From NCBI RefSeq assembly GCF_006345805.1, contig NC_043009.1, forward strand, positions 43,152,001-43,216,000: DNA of 64,000 bases, written 5' to 3'. Position numbers and translations under genes: made by a program. Under the pieces are notes generated by a model that did no database searches, was not told where the DNA came from, and saw only the letters and a program-made list of their open reading frames with translations. Source of the DNA: Octopus sinensis. Lineage: Eukaryota. Positions 1 to 13,539 of this stretch are shown one piece after another (within the stretch, counting starts at the first letter, position 1; each line of letters starts with the position of its first letter).

Positions 1-416
1 TTCTAGTTTCCGAATCACTCTGCTGTAATGATTCTAAAATAGAAAACGTAAAACACCTAACGGTATATCTTTTTCCTACCCTTCTGAAAAGATTTTGTTT
101 AATAAAAGGATTTTAATTATTGCTATTTAATCTTTTAAGCTTAATTGAAATAGCTGTAAGGAACTATGTTTAATTTTTGCAGATAATAATTTTTTTTATT
201 AAATGCTATATCTCCATTTTCTTACTTTCTTTCGAATGATTATAAACCATGATTTATATTTGAAACTATTGTTTTATGAATATTATTATTCCCAACAAAT
301 ATTTTAGAAGTTCAGCAGAATTCTTTAAAAGATCAAATATATCCAGATAAGCAAGTAGAAAATTTTTCATGTACATTTTTAAATAAATTCTTATGACTGT
401 AGAATGTTGTTTTCAG

Positions 417-696
417 TACACCTTCCCATCAATGCAGCGTGTCTTGTACATGGGCTTGTTGCTAATCTGTACTTTGGCACTGTATTCTAAGCAATTTTCA
501 TCAAAGAGACAGTTACTGAGATATATACAAATACATGTAGAGGATGAACACATTTATGACACCAGAGATTTTTGGCAGTAGAAGAGACAAAGCTTTTTGC
601 AACAAAACAGCTACTTTCATTGTACTTAACATAAAGACCTTTTTATGCTTATGTTTCCCGTGAAGTGGCATGGGACTAAATTGAGGAGATTCCTAG
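417..696 (+). other. Candidate exon (non-coding or unrecognised coding)
   Basis: tgttttcag acceptor at 416 and consensus AG|gtaagt donor at 697; no recognisable protein in any frame. Confidence 0.25.
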
Positions 697-1483
697 GTAA
701 GTTAGTCTTTCCATTAAGGCTAAAGGTTGGATTAAACCACAACATTTTTACGTTTCAAGTTCTATTGCTATTTCTTGGTTTTCATCTTAAATAAGCTCAC
801 TGTTTTGAATAGACTCATTGTAGTATGATGAGACAGTGTTAAAGATGGATTCATCCATTGCTAAAGAAAACATTCGCTAACATATATTCGAAAAAATCTA
901 AAGTAAATTCTCAGAGTTGTTATCAATGTAAAATAATTCCGTGTGTAGCCTTCCATAAGGAATTATTCTGCAAAACTCCAAATCTTAAACAACACTTAGA
1001 AAATATATTGTATTAAGGTCTGTGTCCAGTGTAATTTTTGCAGCCATTCCACAGAAGAACTAAATTAAATATTTCCTATATTTATTCATTATGAACTACA
1101 TTCAATTACTCTGAAAAAAGACTTAGACATTCAATAAATAGAGATCAATAAAATTATTACCAGATAGACAATGTACTAGAGCTGACGTCAAGTAAAAAGC
1201 AAGAGCTGTGCTCTAGCAGGGTCAAAGACCAGAGGCTAAAACTAGTAAATGAATGAAAGAATACACATACACAGACACACACACATACATGTGTGAGTGT
1301 GTGTGTATTTATATATAATGCATATTTATAGACACACGAAACACAAAAGTGTGTGAGTCAAATGCGCTTTTACACATAGACACACGCGCACACAATATAT
1401 ATATATATAGATAAATATATCAAATACACATACATATATATGTATGTAGTATGTACGTATGTATGTGTGCATACATATAGATG

Positions 1484-1592
<109 letters not shown>

Positions 1593-1748
1593 GTTCAATT
1601 CACAGAAAACAAAAGACGAAGACAGTTGTAGGAACAAGCAGGTGTATAAGTTTAACACTCGGGAAGAATTGAAGTCTTTTACATATATGTACATACATAC
1701 ATACATATATATGTATATGCATATGCAAAGATGTATATATGTATATGC

Positions 1749-1780
<32 letters not shown>

Positions 1781-1850
1781 ATATATATAACATAAAAATA
1801 TGATGCATTGCCGTTGGCATATGTGTTCGGGCGTACGCGCATGTGTGGTG

Positions 1851-2080
1851 TACACATGTGACTCAGTGGTTAAGGTGTTGCACTCAAGATCATAAGAATG
1901 TGCCTTCGATTCCTGGATCGGGTGATGCATTGTATTCTTGAGCAAAACACTTCATTACTCGTTGCTCCATTCCATTCAGCTTGCAAAATTGAGTAATCCT
2001 GCCAGGTACCAGCATCACGTTCAGAGAGTGGAGTGTATACGCCACAGAATCTGGAAAACCGGCCTTATGACCCAGAAGGG
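1851..2080 (+). mobile_element. tRNA-derived SINE, family D (diverged)
   Basis: A-box-like gactcagtggtta, B-box-like ttcgattcc, then cttgagcaaaacact core; related to 7313-7650 and 50495-50790. Confidence 0.65.
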
Positions 2081-2109
2081 ACCATTGAACTTTCTCTCTC
2101 TCTCTCCTC

Positions 2110-2179
<70 letters not shown>

Positions 2180-2180
<1 letters not shown>

Positions 2181-2574
2181 CTAGCTGTATCGCCCGGCGT
2201 TGCTCGGGTTTGTAAGGGAAATAACTATAAAGCATTTTTAGAGAGTTATAGCCCAAAATAGCAAAAAAATGCGTTAAAAATGGAAAAAAATATGATGGTA
2301 ATTTTTTTTTTTAATCGTTGACTCATCATAGACATTTGTAGAGAGTTACTTCCCTTATATTTAAAAATATGAATTAAAATGGAAAAAAATGATGGTAAAT
2401 TATTTTTAAAATCGTAGACTCATCGTAGACGCGCGCTAATACCCAGAAGGGCTCGATATGAATCACGAGTATAAGATACCCGGTTTTGGTTAAACTGCAC
2501 CGCAAAATGTGGGAGTAGTTAGGAATCTAAATCGGAGTAGACAGACACACAACCTTACTTTTATATATAAAGAT
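2180..2574 (+). mobile_element. Non-autonomous Helitron/Helentron (HINE/DINE-1-like) element
   Basis: actagct end with cccggcgttgctcggg hairpin, internal direct repeat, tttatatataaagat at the other end; inverted copy at 3938-4313. Confidence 0.7.
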
Positions 2575-3161
2575 ATCCAACACTAGTCACTAGACACATA
2601 GAATAATAGAATAGATTGCCACACGCTTTCGTATATATATATATATAGTATATAGTATATATTTTCAGTATCAATTATTTATACAAATGAATAGTTTATA
2701 TTTTTAGCACATAACCAGACACTTACAATTATCAATATCCAAATTTTTCATTCCATGTATGCTTTAGACTAGTTACATACATTTAAATCTAAATTTATGG
2801 CCATGTATGTGTGGTTTTAAACTATTAATTTATAACGTCAACACACTGTCATATAAACATACGCACACTGGAATATATTTAGACGTATAAACAAGTATTT
2901 GTGTATATAGCTGTCTCTACTCAAAAATACACTCACAGACACACTAACACACACACAAACACACACACATACACACACACACATACACACACATATACGT
3001 ATATGTATGTAAGTATGTATGTATGTATGAAAACATGTTGATATACATATATATAATGGCATGGTTAAGAAGGTCGCTTTGCAATCTCGGGAATTTGGGT
3101 TCACAGCACATTGGGCAGATATCTGGAATGACTGATATCTTGTGATATCACAAGATATGTT

Positions 3162-3300
3162 CATTATTTACATTATTTACATTCGACGGATATTTGTCCG
3201 CATCTTGTTTGTTGTTAACACAACATTTTGGCTGATATACCCTCCAGCCTTCATCAGGTGTCTTGGGGAAATTTTTCGATGTTATTATTATTACTACTAC

Positions 3301-3334
<34 letters not shown>

Positions 3335-3406
3335 GTTAGTGTTCAGGTCACTGCTTGCAATCAAACTCGGAATCTTGGGGTTAGTAGCCTGCGCTCTTAA
3401 CCACTA
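3162..3406 (-). mobile_element. tRNA-headed hammerhead-tailed SINE-like element, left arm of an inverted pair
   Basis: Homologous to 17541-17850; hammerhead GAAACG decayed to AAAATG. Confidence 0.75.
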
Positions 3407-3510
3407 AGCAGACCGAGTGCAGATATGAGCAGCATATGGGAACCGGTATTAAGGAAGTATAGAAAAATATTAGATTTATAAGCCCTAAAATTCACTCTAT
3501 AATTTCCCAC

Positions 3511-3730
3511 GGGCATATGACATATGGCGTGGGCTACTAACCCCAAGATTCCGAGTTCAATTCCAAGCAGTGACCTGAACACTAACAATAATGATAATGG
3601 TAATAATAACATCAAAACATTTCCCCAAGACACCTGAAGAAGGCTGGAGGGTATATCAGCTGAAACATTGTTTTAACAACAAACAAGATGAGGACAAATA
3701 TCTGTCAATTGTAAATAATGTAAATAATGT
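3511..3730 (+). mobile_element. Same element, right arm of the inverted pair
   Basis: gggcatatg head with internal deletion, (aat)n middle, CTGAAGA-A-GGCTG..CAGCT-GAAACATT decayed hammerhead. Confidence 0.75.
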
Positions 3731-3784
3731 TTATATAATAACCAATAATTTCATGGAAATAAATTCACAGTTATTCAACTGTAG

Positions 3785-3886
3785 ATTGAATGGTAGAGGC
3801 AAATGTACCGTTTTGTGAGATGAATGTGCAATACGTGATTCCAGAAGATCACAGTTGATACGAAACATAGGGGCTGGAAAATGAAG
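3785..3886 (+). other. Candidate exon ending in ATG AAG
   Basis: actgtag acceptor; gaaaATGAAG|gtaagt consensus donor at 3887. Confidence 0.25.
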
Positions 3887-3937
3887 GTAAGTAATCATTC
3901 AGCGACTATGACATTGATTGCTTCCTTTCTATTGCAT

Positions 3938-4313
3938 ATCTTTATATATAAAAGAGAAGTTGTGTGTCTGTCTCCTACGATTTAGATTCCTAACCACTCC
4001 CACATTTTGGGGTGCAGTTTAACCAAAAGCGGGTATCTTATAGTCGTGATTCATATCGAGCCCTTCTCGGTATTAGCGCGCGTCTACGATGAGTCTACGA
4101 TTTTAAAAAAATTTACCATCATTTTTTTCCATTTTAATGCATTTTTCGCTATTATATAAGGGAAGTAACTCTCTTAAAATGTCTACGATGAGTCAACGAT
4201 TTAAAAAAAAATTTACCATCATTCTTTTGCTATTTTTTGGCTATAACTCTCTAAAAATGCTTATATAGTTATTTCCCTTACAAACCTGAGCAACGCCGGG
4301 CGATACTGCTAGT
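3938..4313 (-). mobile_element. HINE/Helitron-type element, inverted copy of 2180-2574
   Basis: Reverse-complement homology over about 380 bp; ends gcaacgccgggcgatactgctagt. Confidence 0.7.
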
Positions 4314-4702
4314 TCACCATAACTGAGAACTCTCTTGCGTTGACAGAGTTAATTCGTAAATGTGCAATTAAATAATTAACAAAGGATGTATCAAACAAGT
4401 CTTCGTACTGAAATTGCCTTCGAGCTCAGTTGGGAGATTTGATATGTCGGTACCTTCGTATGGCTTATATTTAAAATAAAAATAATTACTCTCCATTCAA
4501 ATATATCGAGTTCTTTTATTATATGACTGACCTCCTTAGTCTTTGGTTTAAAATTCTCTTACATACGAACACATAATTAATCGTATCTGCATATATGTGA
4601 GCATATACGAATCTGTATGTATGTATGTATGTATGTATGTATGTATGTATGTATGTATGTATGTTATTAGTATGTATGTATGTATGTATGTATGTATGTA
4701 TG

Positions 4703-4752
<50 letters not shown>

Positions 4753-4767
4753 ATATATATATATATA

Positions 4768-5348
4768 TCATCATCATCATCATCATCGTCGTTAACGTCC
4801 GTTCTCCATGCTAGCATGGGTTGGACGGTTCGACCGGGGTTCTGGGAAGCCAGAAGGCTGCACCAGGCTCCAGTCTAATTTGGCAATGTTTCTACAGCTG
4901 GATGCCCTTCCTAACGCCAACCACTCCGTGAGTGTAGTGGGTGCTTTTTACGTGCCACCTGCACAGGTGCCAGGCGGGGCTGGCAACGGCCACGGTCAGA
5001 TTGGTGTTTTTATTTGCCACCGGCACGGAAGCCAGTCGAGGCGGTGCTGGCATCGGCCACGAGTCGGATAGTGTCTTTTACTACCACCAGACCAGGGATC
5101 CTGGCTGGTTCAATTCGATTTCGATTTCGCTTGCCCCAACATGTCTTCACAAGCAAAGGGGGTTGGCAAGGGTGCCTGTCGTACGGTCGCATTGGAGTAT
5201 TCTACGTGCCACGGCCACGAGTCGGATAGTGCTTTACGTACCACCAGACCAGGATCCTGGCTGGTTCAATTCGATTTCGATTTCGCTTGCCCCAACATGT
5301 CTTCACAAGCAAAGGGGGTTGGCTTGGGTGCCTGTCGTACGGTCGCAT
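4768..5348 (-). mobile_element. SINE family C with (ATG)n tail and an internal 158-bp duplication
   Basis: Reverse complement of ttggcgttaggaagggcatccagc...gttaacgacgatgatg; 5061-5192 repeated at 5219-5348. Confidence 0.75.
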
Positions 5349-5382
5349 TATATATATATATATATATATTACATGCATACAC

Positions 5383-6958
5383 AGGAGTGGCTGTGTTGTA
5401 AGTAGCTTGCTAACCAACCACATGGTTCCGGGTTCAGTCCCACTGCGTGGCATCTTGGGCAAGTGTCATCTGCTATAGCCCCGAGCCGACTAATGCCTTG
5501 TGAGTGGATTTGGTAGACAGAAACTGAAAGAAGCCTGTCGTATATATGTATATATATAAGTGTGTGTGTATATGTTTGTGTGTCTGTGTTTGTCCCCCTA
5601 GCATTGCTTGACAACCAATGCTGGTGTGTTTACGTCCCCGTCACTTAGCAGTTCAGCAAAAGAGAACGATAGAATAAGTACTGGGCTTACAAAGAATAAG
5701 TCCCGGGGTCGATTTGCTCGACTAAAGGCGGTACTCCAGCATGGCCGCAGTCAAATGACTGAAACAAGTAAGGAGTGGCTGTGTGGTAAGTAGCTGCCTA
5801 CCAACCACATGGTTCCGGGTTCAGTCCCACTGCGTGGCATCTTGGGCAAGTGTCATCTCTATAGCCCCGGGCCGACTAATGCCTTGAGTGGATTTGTTTA
5901 GACAGAAACTGAAAGAAGCCTCTCGTATAATGTATATATATATAAGTGTGTGTGTATATGTTTGTGTGTCTGTGTTTGTCCCCCTAGCATTGCTTGACAA
6001 CCAATGCTGGTGTGTGTTACGTCCCCGTCACTTAGCAGTTCAGCAAAAGAGAACGATAGAATAAGTACTGGCTTACAAAGAATAAGTCCCGGGGTCGATT
6101 TGCTCGACTAAAGGCGGTACTACTCCGCATGGCCGCAGTCAAATGACTGAAACAAGTAAGGAGTGGCTGTGTGGTAAGTAGCTTGCTACACCAACCCACA
6201 TGGTTCCCGGTTCAGTCCCACTGCGTGCATCTTGGGCAAGTGTCATCTGCTATAGCCCCGGGCCGACTAATGCCTTGTGAGTGGATTTGGTAGACAGAAA
6301 CTGAAAGAAGCCTCTCGTATATATGTATATATATATAAGTGTGTGTGTATATGTTTGTGTGTCTGTGTTTGTCCCCCTAGCATTGCTTGACAACCAATGC
6401 TGGTGTGTTTACGTCCCCGTCACTTAGCAGTTCAGCAAAAGAGAACGATAGAATAAGTACTGGGCTTACAAGAAAAGTCCGGGGTCGATTTGCTCGACTA
6501 AAGGCGGTACGGTACTCCGCATGGCCGCAGTCAAATGACTGAAACAAGTAAGGAGGGGTGTGTGGTAGGTAAGTAGCTTGCCTACCAACCACATGGTCCG
6601 GGTTCAGTCCCACTGCGTGGCATCTTGGGCAAGTGTCATTTGCTATACCCCCGGGCCGACTAAATGCCTGTGAGTGGATTTGGTAGACAGAAACTGGAAA
6701 GAAGCCTCTCGTATAATGTATATATAAAAGTGTGTGTGTATATGTTTGTGTGTCTGTGTTTGTCCCCCTAGCATTGCTTGACAACCAATGCTGGTGTGTT
6801 TACGTCCCCGTCACTTAGCAGTTCAGCAAAAGAGAACGATAGAATAAGTACTGGGCTTACAAAAGAATAAGTCCCGGGGTCGATTTGCTCGACTAAAGTG
6901 CGGTGCTCCAGCATGGCCGCAGTCAAATGACTGAAACAAGTAAAAGAGTAAAAGAGAG
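5383..6958 (+). mobile_element. Head-to-tail array of four family-A SINEs (CORE-like, about 390-bp unit)
   Basis: ggag(t)ggctgtgtggtaag...gactgaaacaagta repeated four times; only the last copy has the aaagagtaaaagag tail; atacaca on both flanks (possible TSD). Confidence 0.85.
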
Positions 6959-7176
6959 TATACACATATAAAGGCATGTTTGGATTATGCATGTATGCTA
7001 CTTAAGACATTTTATGTAGATGTTAGTGATTTTAAGCTACTTAAGCAATGCCAATGACTTATTTAAAGAATTAACTAAGTGTTAGAAATAGTTTTAACAT
7101 GAAAGTTTATACTTTGTAAGCCTACACAAGTAAGTATTTATATGGTAGTTCAGTTAGATATATGTATGTATGTATG

Positions 7177-7216
<40 letters not shown>

Positions 7217-7312
7217 CATACACATATGCACATATAAATATAAAATATAGAGAGTGATATATATACACATATACTATACATACATGTGTGTGAGGGGTTG
7301 TTTGTGTGTGTA

Positions 7313-7650
7313 GATGTACATGACTCAGTGGTTAGAGCACCGGGCTCACAATCACGAGGTAGCGAGTTCGATTCCAGCTGTTGTGTTCTTGAGCAAGACA
7401 CTTAATTTCACATTGCTCCAGTCCACTCAGCTGTAGAAATGAGTTGCAACGTCACTGGCGCCAAGATGTATTGGCCTTTGCCTTTCCCTTGGACAACATC
7501 AGTGGCATGGAGAGGAGAGGCTGGTATGCATTGGTGACTGCTGGTCTTCTGTAAACAATCTTACCCACAGTCGTGCCTTATAGGGAAACTTTCTAGGTGC
7601 AATAATACCATGGTCATTCATGACCGAAGAAGGTCTTTACCCTTACCCTT
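7313..7650 (+). mobile_element. tRNA-derived SINE, family D
   Basis: gactcagtggttagagc A box, gagttcgattcc B box, cttgagcaagacact core, (ttaccc) tail. Confidence 0.75.
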
Positions 7651-7782
7651 TGATGTATGAGCGTGTGCGTGCGTGCGTGCGTGTGTGTGTGTATGTGTGT
7701 GTGTTAGGTACTCATCAAATGAAGTAGAGTATGTATATTTTATTGGAAGCTGAAGGTATTTGAATCATTATTTTGTGTTTTT

Positions 7783-8001
7783 AAGGTGGCGAGCTGGTAG
7801 AATCATTAGCACACTAGGCGAAATGCTTAGCGGTACTTTGCCTGCCACTATGTTCTGAGTTCAAATCCCGCCAGGGTTGATTTTGCCTCTCATCCTTTCA
7901 GGCTCGATAAATTAAGTACCAGTTGCATACTAAGGTCGATCTAATTGACTGGCCTCCACCTCCAAATTTCAGGCCTTGTGCCTATAGTTGAAAGGATTAT
8001 T
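7783..8001 (+). mobile_element. SINE family B (Deu/Nin-domain-like)
   Basis: aaggtggcgagctggtagaa head, gagttcaaatccc B box, catcctttc..gataaattaagtaccag core. Confidence 0.75.
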
Positions 8002-9049
8002 TTGTGTTTCTTGCTGTCGATTATTTAAACGACTGCAGGAGAAAATGCAGTGCGACGATTTATAAGTAAAGATATATGTGATCAACAAAATTAGTCATTC
8101 CTTAATAACTTAAGAAACTGAGCAGTTCACAAAAATCAGTTTGATAGAATAAATATAAGGCTTAAAATGTTTTCTTGGGTCATAAAATCAATGGAACAAA
8201 GGTATCCAGGTGGATGGAACTTGCATATGGTGGTGGACTATTGCTGCAATTTGGCTCATAATCTTTCTGAGATTCAGCTCTAAAGAGTAATAAATGGGGG
8301 GAGAGAGAGGGAGACTGGAATGGGGTCTCAAAACTGAGGTATTAAAGAATGGGAAGAAATAAAATTGGTAAGATTTATTCTTGTATGTCTTGTAGATTTT
8401 CTGGTAATGTTTCTGTGTAATTTGACCAGCTGCTGAGACCTAAAGTTCTTTCTTTAATTCTAATGCCTATTTTTGACAACCTCAACAATAATTCCATCGA
8501 CTTGTATTCATATGCAAATTCGTGGGAATCAGACTTAAACAATGATGTAATTTGTCTGTAGAAATTTAAAGCTTTTTACTAGTTTTACAGTAGAATTTTA
8601 AGAAAACATTCTGGTTTTGAAGAAAAATTTAATTTCTATGTATGTGTGTATGTTATGCCTCGTTACTTATAAGCTGTTTTATTGAAAAACAAAATGAAAT
8701 TCTATGAATCCAGTATCTTAAAATCTTGAAGGAGTGGTAATAAATGGATGTTGTTTTCTGATTCTGTGTCAAAAACAAAAAAAAAAACCGTAGTTTAGTA
8801 CCCAATTTTTTATTTGTTTGTTTTTTTTACATTTGAAGACAATCACTCAAATTTGTGTAATTCCAGTTAGCGTGAGTATCATACAAAAGATCTTATGGCA
8901 TTTTTCTGATCTATACATTCTGGGTTCAAATCCTAGTGAATTCTGCTTTGATTTTTCATCTATTCAGATCTCAACAAAATAAAGTACAAGTGAGCCTATA
9001 GAAGCAGCAAACCTGGTGGAATCAATAGCATGTTGGACAAAATACTTCT

Positions 9050-9642
9050 GAAGACTCTGTGATCAAGAATTTAACGTGGAACGATTGCAGCCAACAGTGA
9101 AACATGGCGGCTATCCTGTGATGGTCTGAGGAGCAATTTGGAGCAATGTTCGATCTGAGCTGGTGGATTGTGAGGGAAACATAAACTCAGATAAATATGT
9201 GTCCATATTGCAGAAAGGACTCCTCCCCAATCTTCTCCAGTGGAGAAATGATTAAAGAAGACTCTTTATCTATGGAAAATGGGCTCCTTGTCACACGGCT
9301 AAAATGACCCAAAATTTGTTGGATGAGAATAGCATTAAAAAGCTTCCATGGCCAAGTCAGTCACCAGATATGAACTTTATTGAATACCTCTGGGGCATAA
9401 TGGACAGGACACTTCATAAAAAGAACAAGTAAGCATCCTCAAAGCCAGATTTTTTTCAGATCTAAAACTTGGCAAGAAATTCTTCAAGAGAATATTCATC
9501 ATCTGATCAATAGCATGCCTAATAGGGTCCTTGCATTGATAATGCAAAGGGCATTTATCAGATATTCACATTATAATAACTGATAATGTATAATTCAGAT
9601 TTAAATAAATTTTAACAATTATAAGGGTGTCTATTTACTTCT
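9050..9642 (+). pseudogene. Tc1-family transposase 3' remnant
   Basis: [47 protein letters not shown] motifs with stops and frameshifts. Confidence 0.85.
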
Positions 9643-10963
9643 GTTATGTGTGCGTGCATGAATGTGTGTGTGTATCTTAACATATACATGTTTATATATT
9701 ATACACAAGCAAATATTATGCATGAATGTATATATATGCATGTATGTATTTATGTATGTATGGATGTATGCATGTATGTATGTATATATGTATTGAAACT
9801 GCATTGTGACCCTCATTCAGCAGCTGATGAAAAAGTATGATGACATTGTTTATATCTTGTCCTCTATATCTTTATCATGGTTCACAATGTTTCTTTGACA
9901 AACATAGATACATGCATACACACACATACACACACACATTGTATGTATGTATATATATATATATATATATATATCATAAGTATATATATATATACATGTC
10001 GTTATTGTTGTTTCATTCATTAACGATTTTATTTTATTTTTATATTATTATTTCTTCTTGTTTTCTTTTGTGTTCTCTTTTATGTGTTTATGTATTTATT
10101 TATTCATTTGCTTTTGGTTTCTAGCCTTTCCCCTTCAACTGTTGCCGAACTTAATAGCTAAACACTGAGATTAAGAATGGAAGGAAGAGTAAAACAAGAG
10201 TAATAAATGGGGGGAGAGAGAGGGAGACTGGAATGGGGTCTCAAAACTGAGGTATTAAGGATGGGGAAGAAATAAAATTGGTAAGATTTATTCTTGTATG
10301 TCTTGTAGATTTTCTGGTAATGTTTCTGTGTAATTTGACCAGCTGCTGAGACCTAAAGTTCTTTCTTTAATTCTAATGCCTATTTTTGACAACCTCAACA
10401 ATAATTCCATCGACTTGTATTCATATGCAAATTCGTGGGAAATCAGACTTAAACAATGATGTAATTTGTCTGTAGAAATTTAAAGCTTTTTACTAGTTTT
10501 ACAGTAGAATTTTAAGAAAACATTCTGGTTTTGAAGAAAAATTTAATTTCTATGTATGTGTGTATGTTATGCCTCATTACTTATAAGCTGTTTTATTGAA
10601 AAACAAAATGAAATTCTATGAATCCAGTATCTTAAAATCTTGAAGGAGTGGTAATAAATGGATGTTGTTTTCTGATTCTGTGTCAAAAACAAAAAAAAAA
10701 ACCGTAGTTTAGTACCCAATTTTTTATTTGTTTGTTTTTTTTACATTTGAAGACAATCACTCAAATTTGTGTAATTCCAGTTAGCGTGAGTATCATACAA
10801 AAGATCTTATGGCATTTTTCTGATCTATACATTCTGGGTTCAAATCCTAGTGAATTCTGCTTTGATTTTTCATCTATTCAGATCTCAACAAAATAAAGTA
10901 CAAGTGAGCCTATAGAAGCAGCAAACCTGGTGGAATCAATAGCATGTTGGACAAAATACTTCT

Positions 10964-11556
10964 GAAGACTCTGTGATCAAGAATTTAACGTGGAACGATT
11001 GCAGCCAACAGTGAAACATGGCGGCTATCCTGTGATGGTCTGAGGAGCAATTTGGAGCAATGTTCGATCTGAGCTGGTGGATTGTGAGGGAAACATAAAC
11101 TCAGATAAATATGTGTCCATATTGCAGAAAGGACTCCTTCCAATCTTCTCCAGTGGAGAAATGATTAAAGAAGACTCTTTATCTATGGAAAATGGGCTCC
11201 TTGTCACACGGCTAAAATGACCCAAAATTTGTTGGATGAGAATAGCATTAAAAAGCTTCCATGGCCAAGTCAGTCACCAGATATGAACTTTATTGAATAC
11301 CTCTGGGGCATAATGGACAGGACACTTCATAAAAAGAACAAGTAAGCATCCTCAAAGCCAGATTTTTTTCAGATCTAAAACTTGGCAAGAAATTCTTCAA
11401 GAGAATATTCATCATCTGATCAATAGCATGCCTAATAGGGTCCTTGCATTGATAAATGCAAAGGGCATTTATCAGATATTCACATTATAATAACTGATAA
11501 TGTATAATTCAGATTTAAATAAATTTTAACAATTATAAGGGTGTCTATTTACTTCT
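10964..11556 (+). pseudogene. Tc1-family transposase remnant (duplicate copy)
   Basis: Same motifs as 9050-9642, inside the second duplication unit. Confidence 0.85.
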
Positions 11557-11860
11557 GTTATGTGTGCGTGCATGAATGTGTGTGTGTATCTTAACATATA
11601 CATGTTTATATATTTATACACAAGCAAATATTATGCATGAATGTATATATATGCATGTATGTATTTATGTATGTATGGATGTATGCATGTATGTATGTAT
11701 ATATGTATTGAAACTGCATTGTGACCCTCATTCAGCAGCTGATGAAAAAGTATGATGACATTGTTTATATCTTGTCCTCTATATCTTTATCATGGTTCAC
11801 AATGTTTCTTTGACAAACATAGATACATGCATACACACACATACACACACACATTGTATG

Positions 11861-11891
<31 letters not shown>

Positions 11892-12573
11892 CATAAGTAT
11901 ATATATATATACATGTCGTTATTGTTGTTTCATTCATTAACGATTTTATTTTATTTTTATATTATTATTTCTTCTTGTTTTCTTTTGTGTTCTCTTTTAT
12001 GTGTTTATGTATTTATTTATTCATTTGCTTTTGGTTTCTAGCCTTCCCCTTCAACTGTTGCCGAACTTAATAGCTAAACACTGAGATTAAGAATGGAAGG
12101 AAGAGTAAAACAAGAGTAATAAATGGGGGGAGAGAGAGGGAGACTGGAATGGGGTCTCAAAACTGAGGTATTAAGGATGGGGAAGAAATAAAATTGGTAA
12201 GATTTATTCTTGTATGTCTTGTAGATTTTCTGGTAATGTTTCTGTGTAATTTGACCAGCTGCTGAGACCTAAAGTTCTTTCTTTAATTCTAATCCCTATT
12301 TTTGACAACCTCAACAATAATTCCATCGACTTGTTTACTTGAAAGGCACTCCGCATTTTATATGTATGTGTGTGTGTCTGAGTGTGTGTGTGTGTATTTA
12401 TGTATGTACGTATGCATGAATATCTGTTTGTGTGTGCACACACATACATATATATTTATACATATATATGTATATATATGTATATATATATATATATTTA
12501 CATATATACATATATAAATGTGCATATATATATCTTTGTATACATATGTGTATGTGTGTATATATATATATAC

Positions 12574-12617
<44 letters not shown>

Positions 12618-12755
12618 CATACACATAAATATATGTGCATCCGTGCATGTGAGTGTGTATGCATGTGTGTGTAAGTGTCTGTATGGGTGTGCACATGTGT
12701 GTTTGTGTGTATTTGTGAGTGTTTATGTGTGTGTATGTTGAGTATAGTTAATCAG

Positions 12756-13490
12756 TTCTATATTCAAGAGATGAGGAATTATGTACAGCTTTCAACAGGT
12801 GTCTTGGGGAAATTTTGAACCTAGGTTCTCATTCCTAAGGTATTTTTCAATGTCGTCATTATTATTATTATTGAGTGAGAGAGCAGTGCATGCCATCAAA
12901 GTGACACTGGGGTAAAATATACGAAGCCCAATATACCCATCATGACTACCCGTCTGATAAGGGTACACCAGGCACATGCATCACAACCATATGTGCGCGA
13001 CATGGTGATCTCATATTAAGATAAACAGCACATGACCTTGCAGGGGGGCCCAGTTAGAATTTTCTTCAGGTTGAGTAGCCCATCCCGCTCAAAAGGTCCC
13101 TGAATAAGGGTTGTTTAAGGATGTTGAAAGAACCACCCATGTTTCCAAAGGTGAATTATTCAAACCCCAAAGAATCCCTCTCAACACATGGCTATGATGC
13201 TCCCCCACTACTTCTGCTCGTGATCAGAGATGCACATATCATCAGCCACTAAGGGACATGCTCAACTGGTTAAGGTCAAACAACTGACAAGCAAATCTGT
13301 GGTATTGAGCAGAATATTTGCTGTAGCCCATCTTTTATACCAAGACAAAACAATGTACATGATAACACTTCCATATTATTATTATTATTATTATTATCAT
13401 TATTATTATTATTATTCAGGTCACTGCCTGGAATTGAACTCGGAATCTTGGGGTTAGTAGCCTGCACTCTTAACCACTAAACCATATGCC
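12756..13490 (-). mobile_element. tRNA-headed hammerhead SINE (hammerhead largely deleted), split by an insertion in its (ATT)n tract
   Basis: Tail at 12756-12870 and head at 13375-13490 match 17541-17850. Confidence 0.7.
12872..13372 (-). mobile_element. About 500-bp non-coding element inserted in (TAA)n
   Basis: Unique-complexity block bounded by (att)n on both sides, interrupting a SINE; no informative ORF. Confidence 0.55.
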
Positions 13491-13539
13491 ATATAGTTAA
13501 TCAGTTTACCACTAAATGATTCATAAACAACTGGTTGAT

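Larger units (their letters stand above)
8284..12334. repeat. Tandem duplication of a 1.91-kb unit (2.1 copies)
   Basis: agagtaataaatggggggagagag restarts at 8284, 10197 and 12113; copies near-identical apart from small indels. Confidence 0.9.

Noticed and set aside
5383-6958. Rolling-circle (retrozyme-like) origin of the SINE array
   Set aside because: No ribozyme motif in the unit, and shared CpG decay points to duplication after genomic ageing.
9824-9830. CTGATGA hits at 9824, its duplicate near 11738, 26249, 35919 and 32676 (minus)
   Set aside because: No stem II, GAAA or NUH follows.
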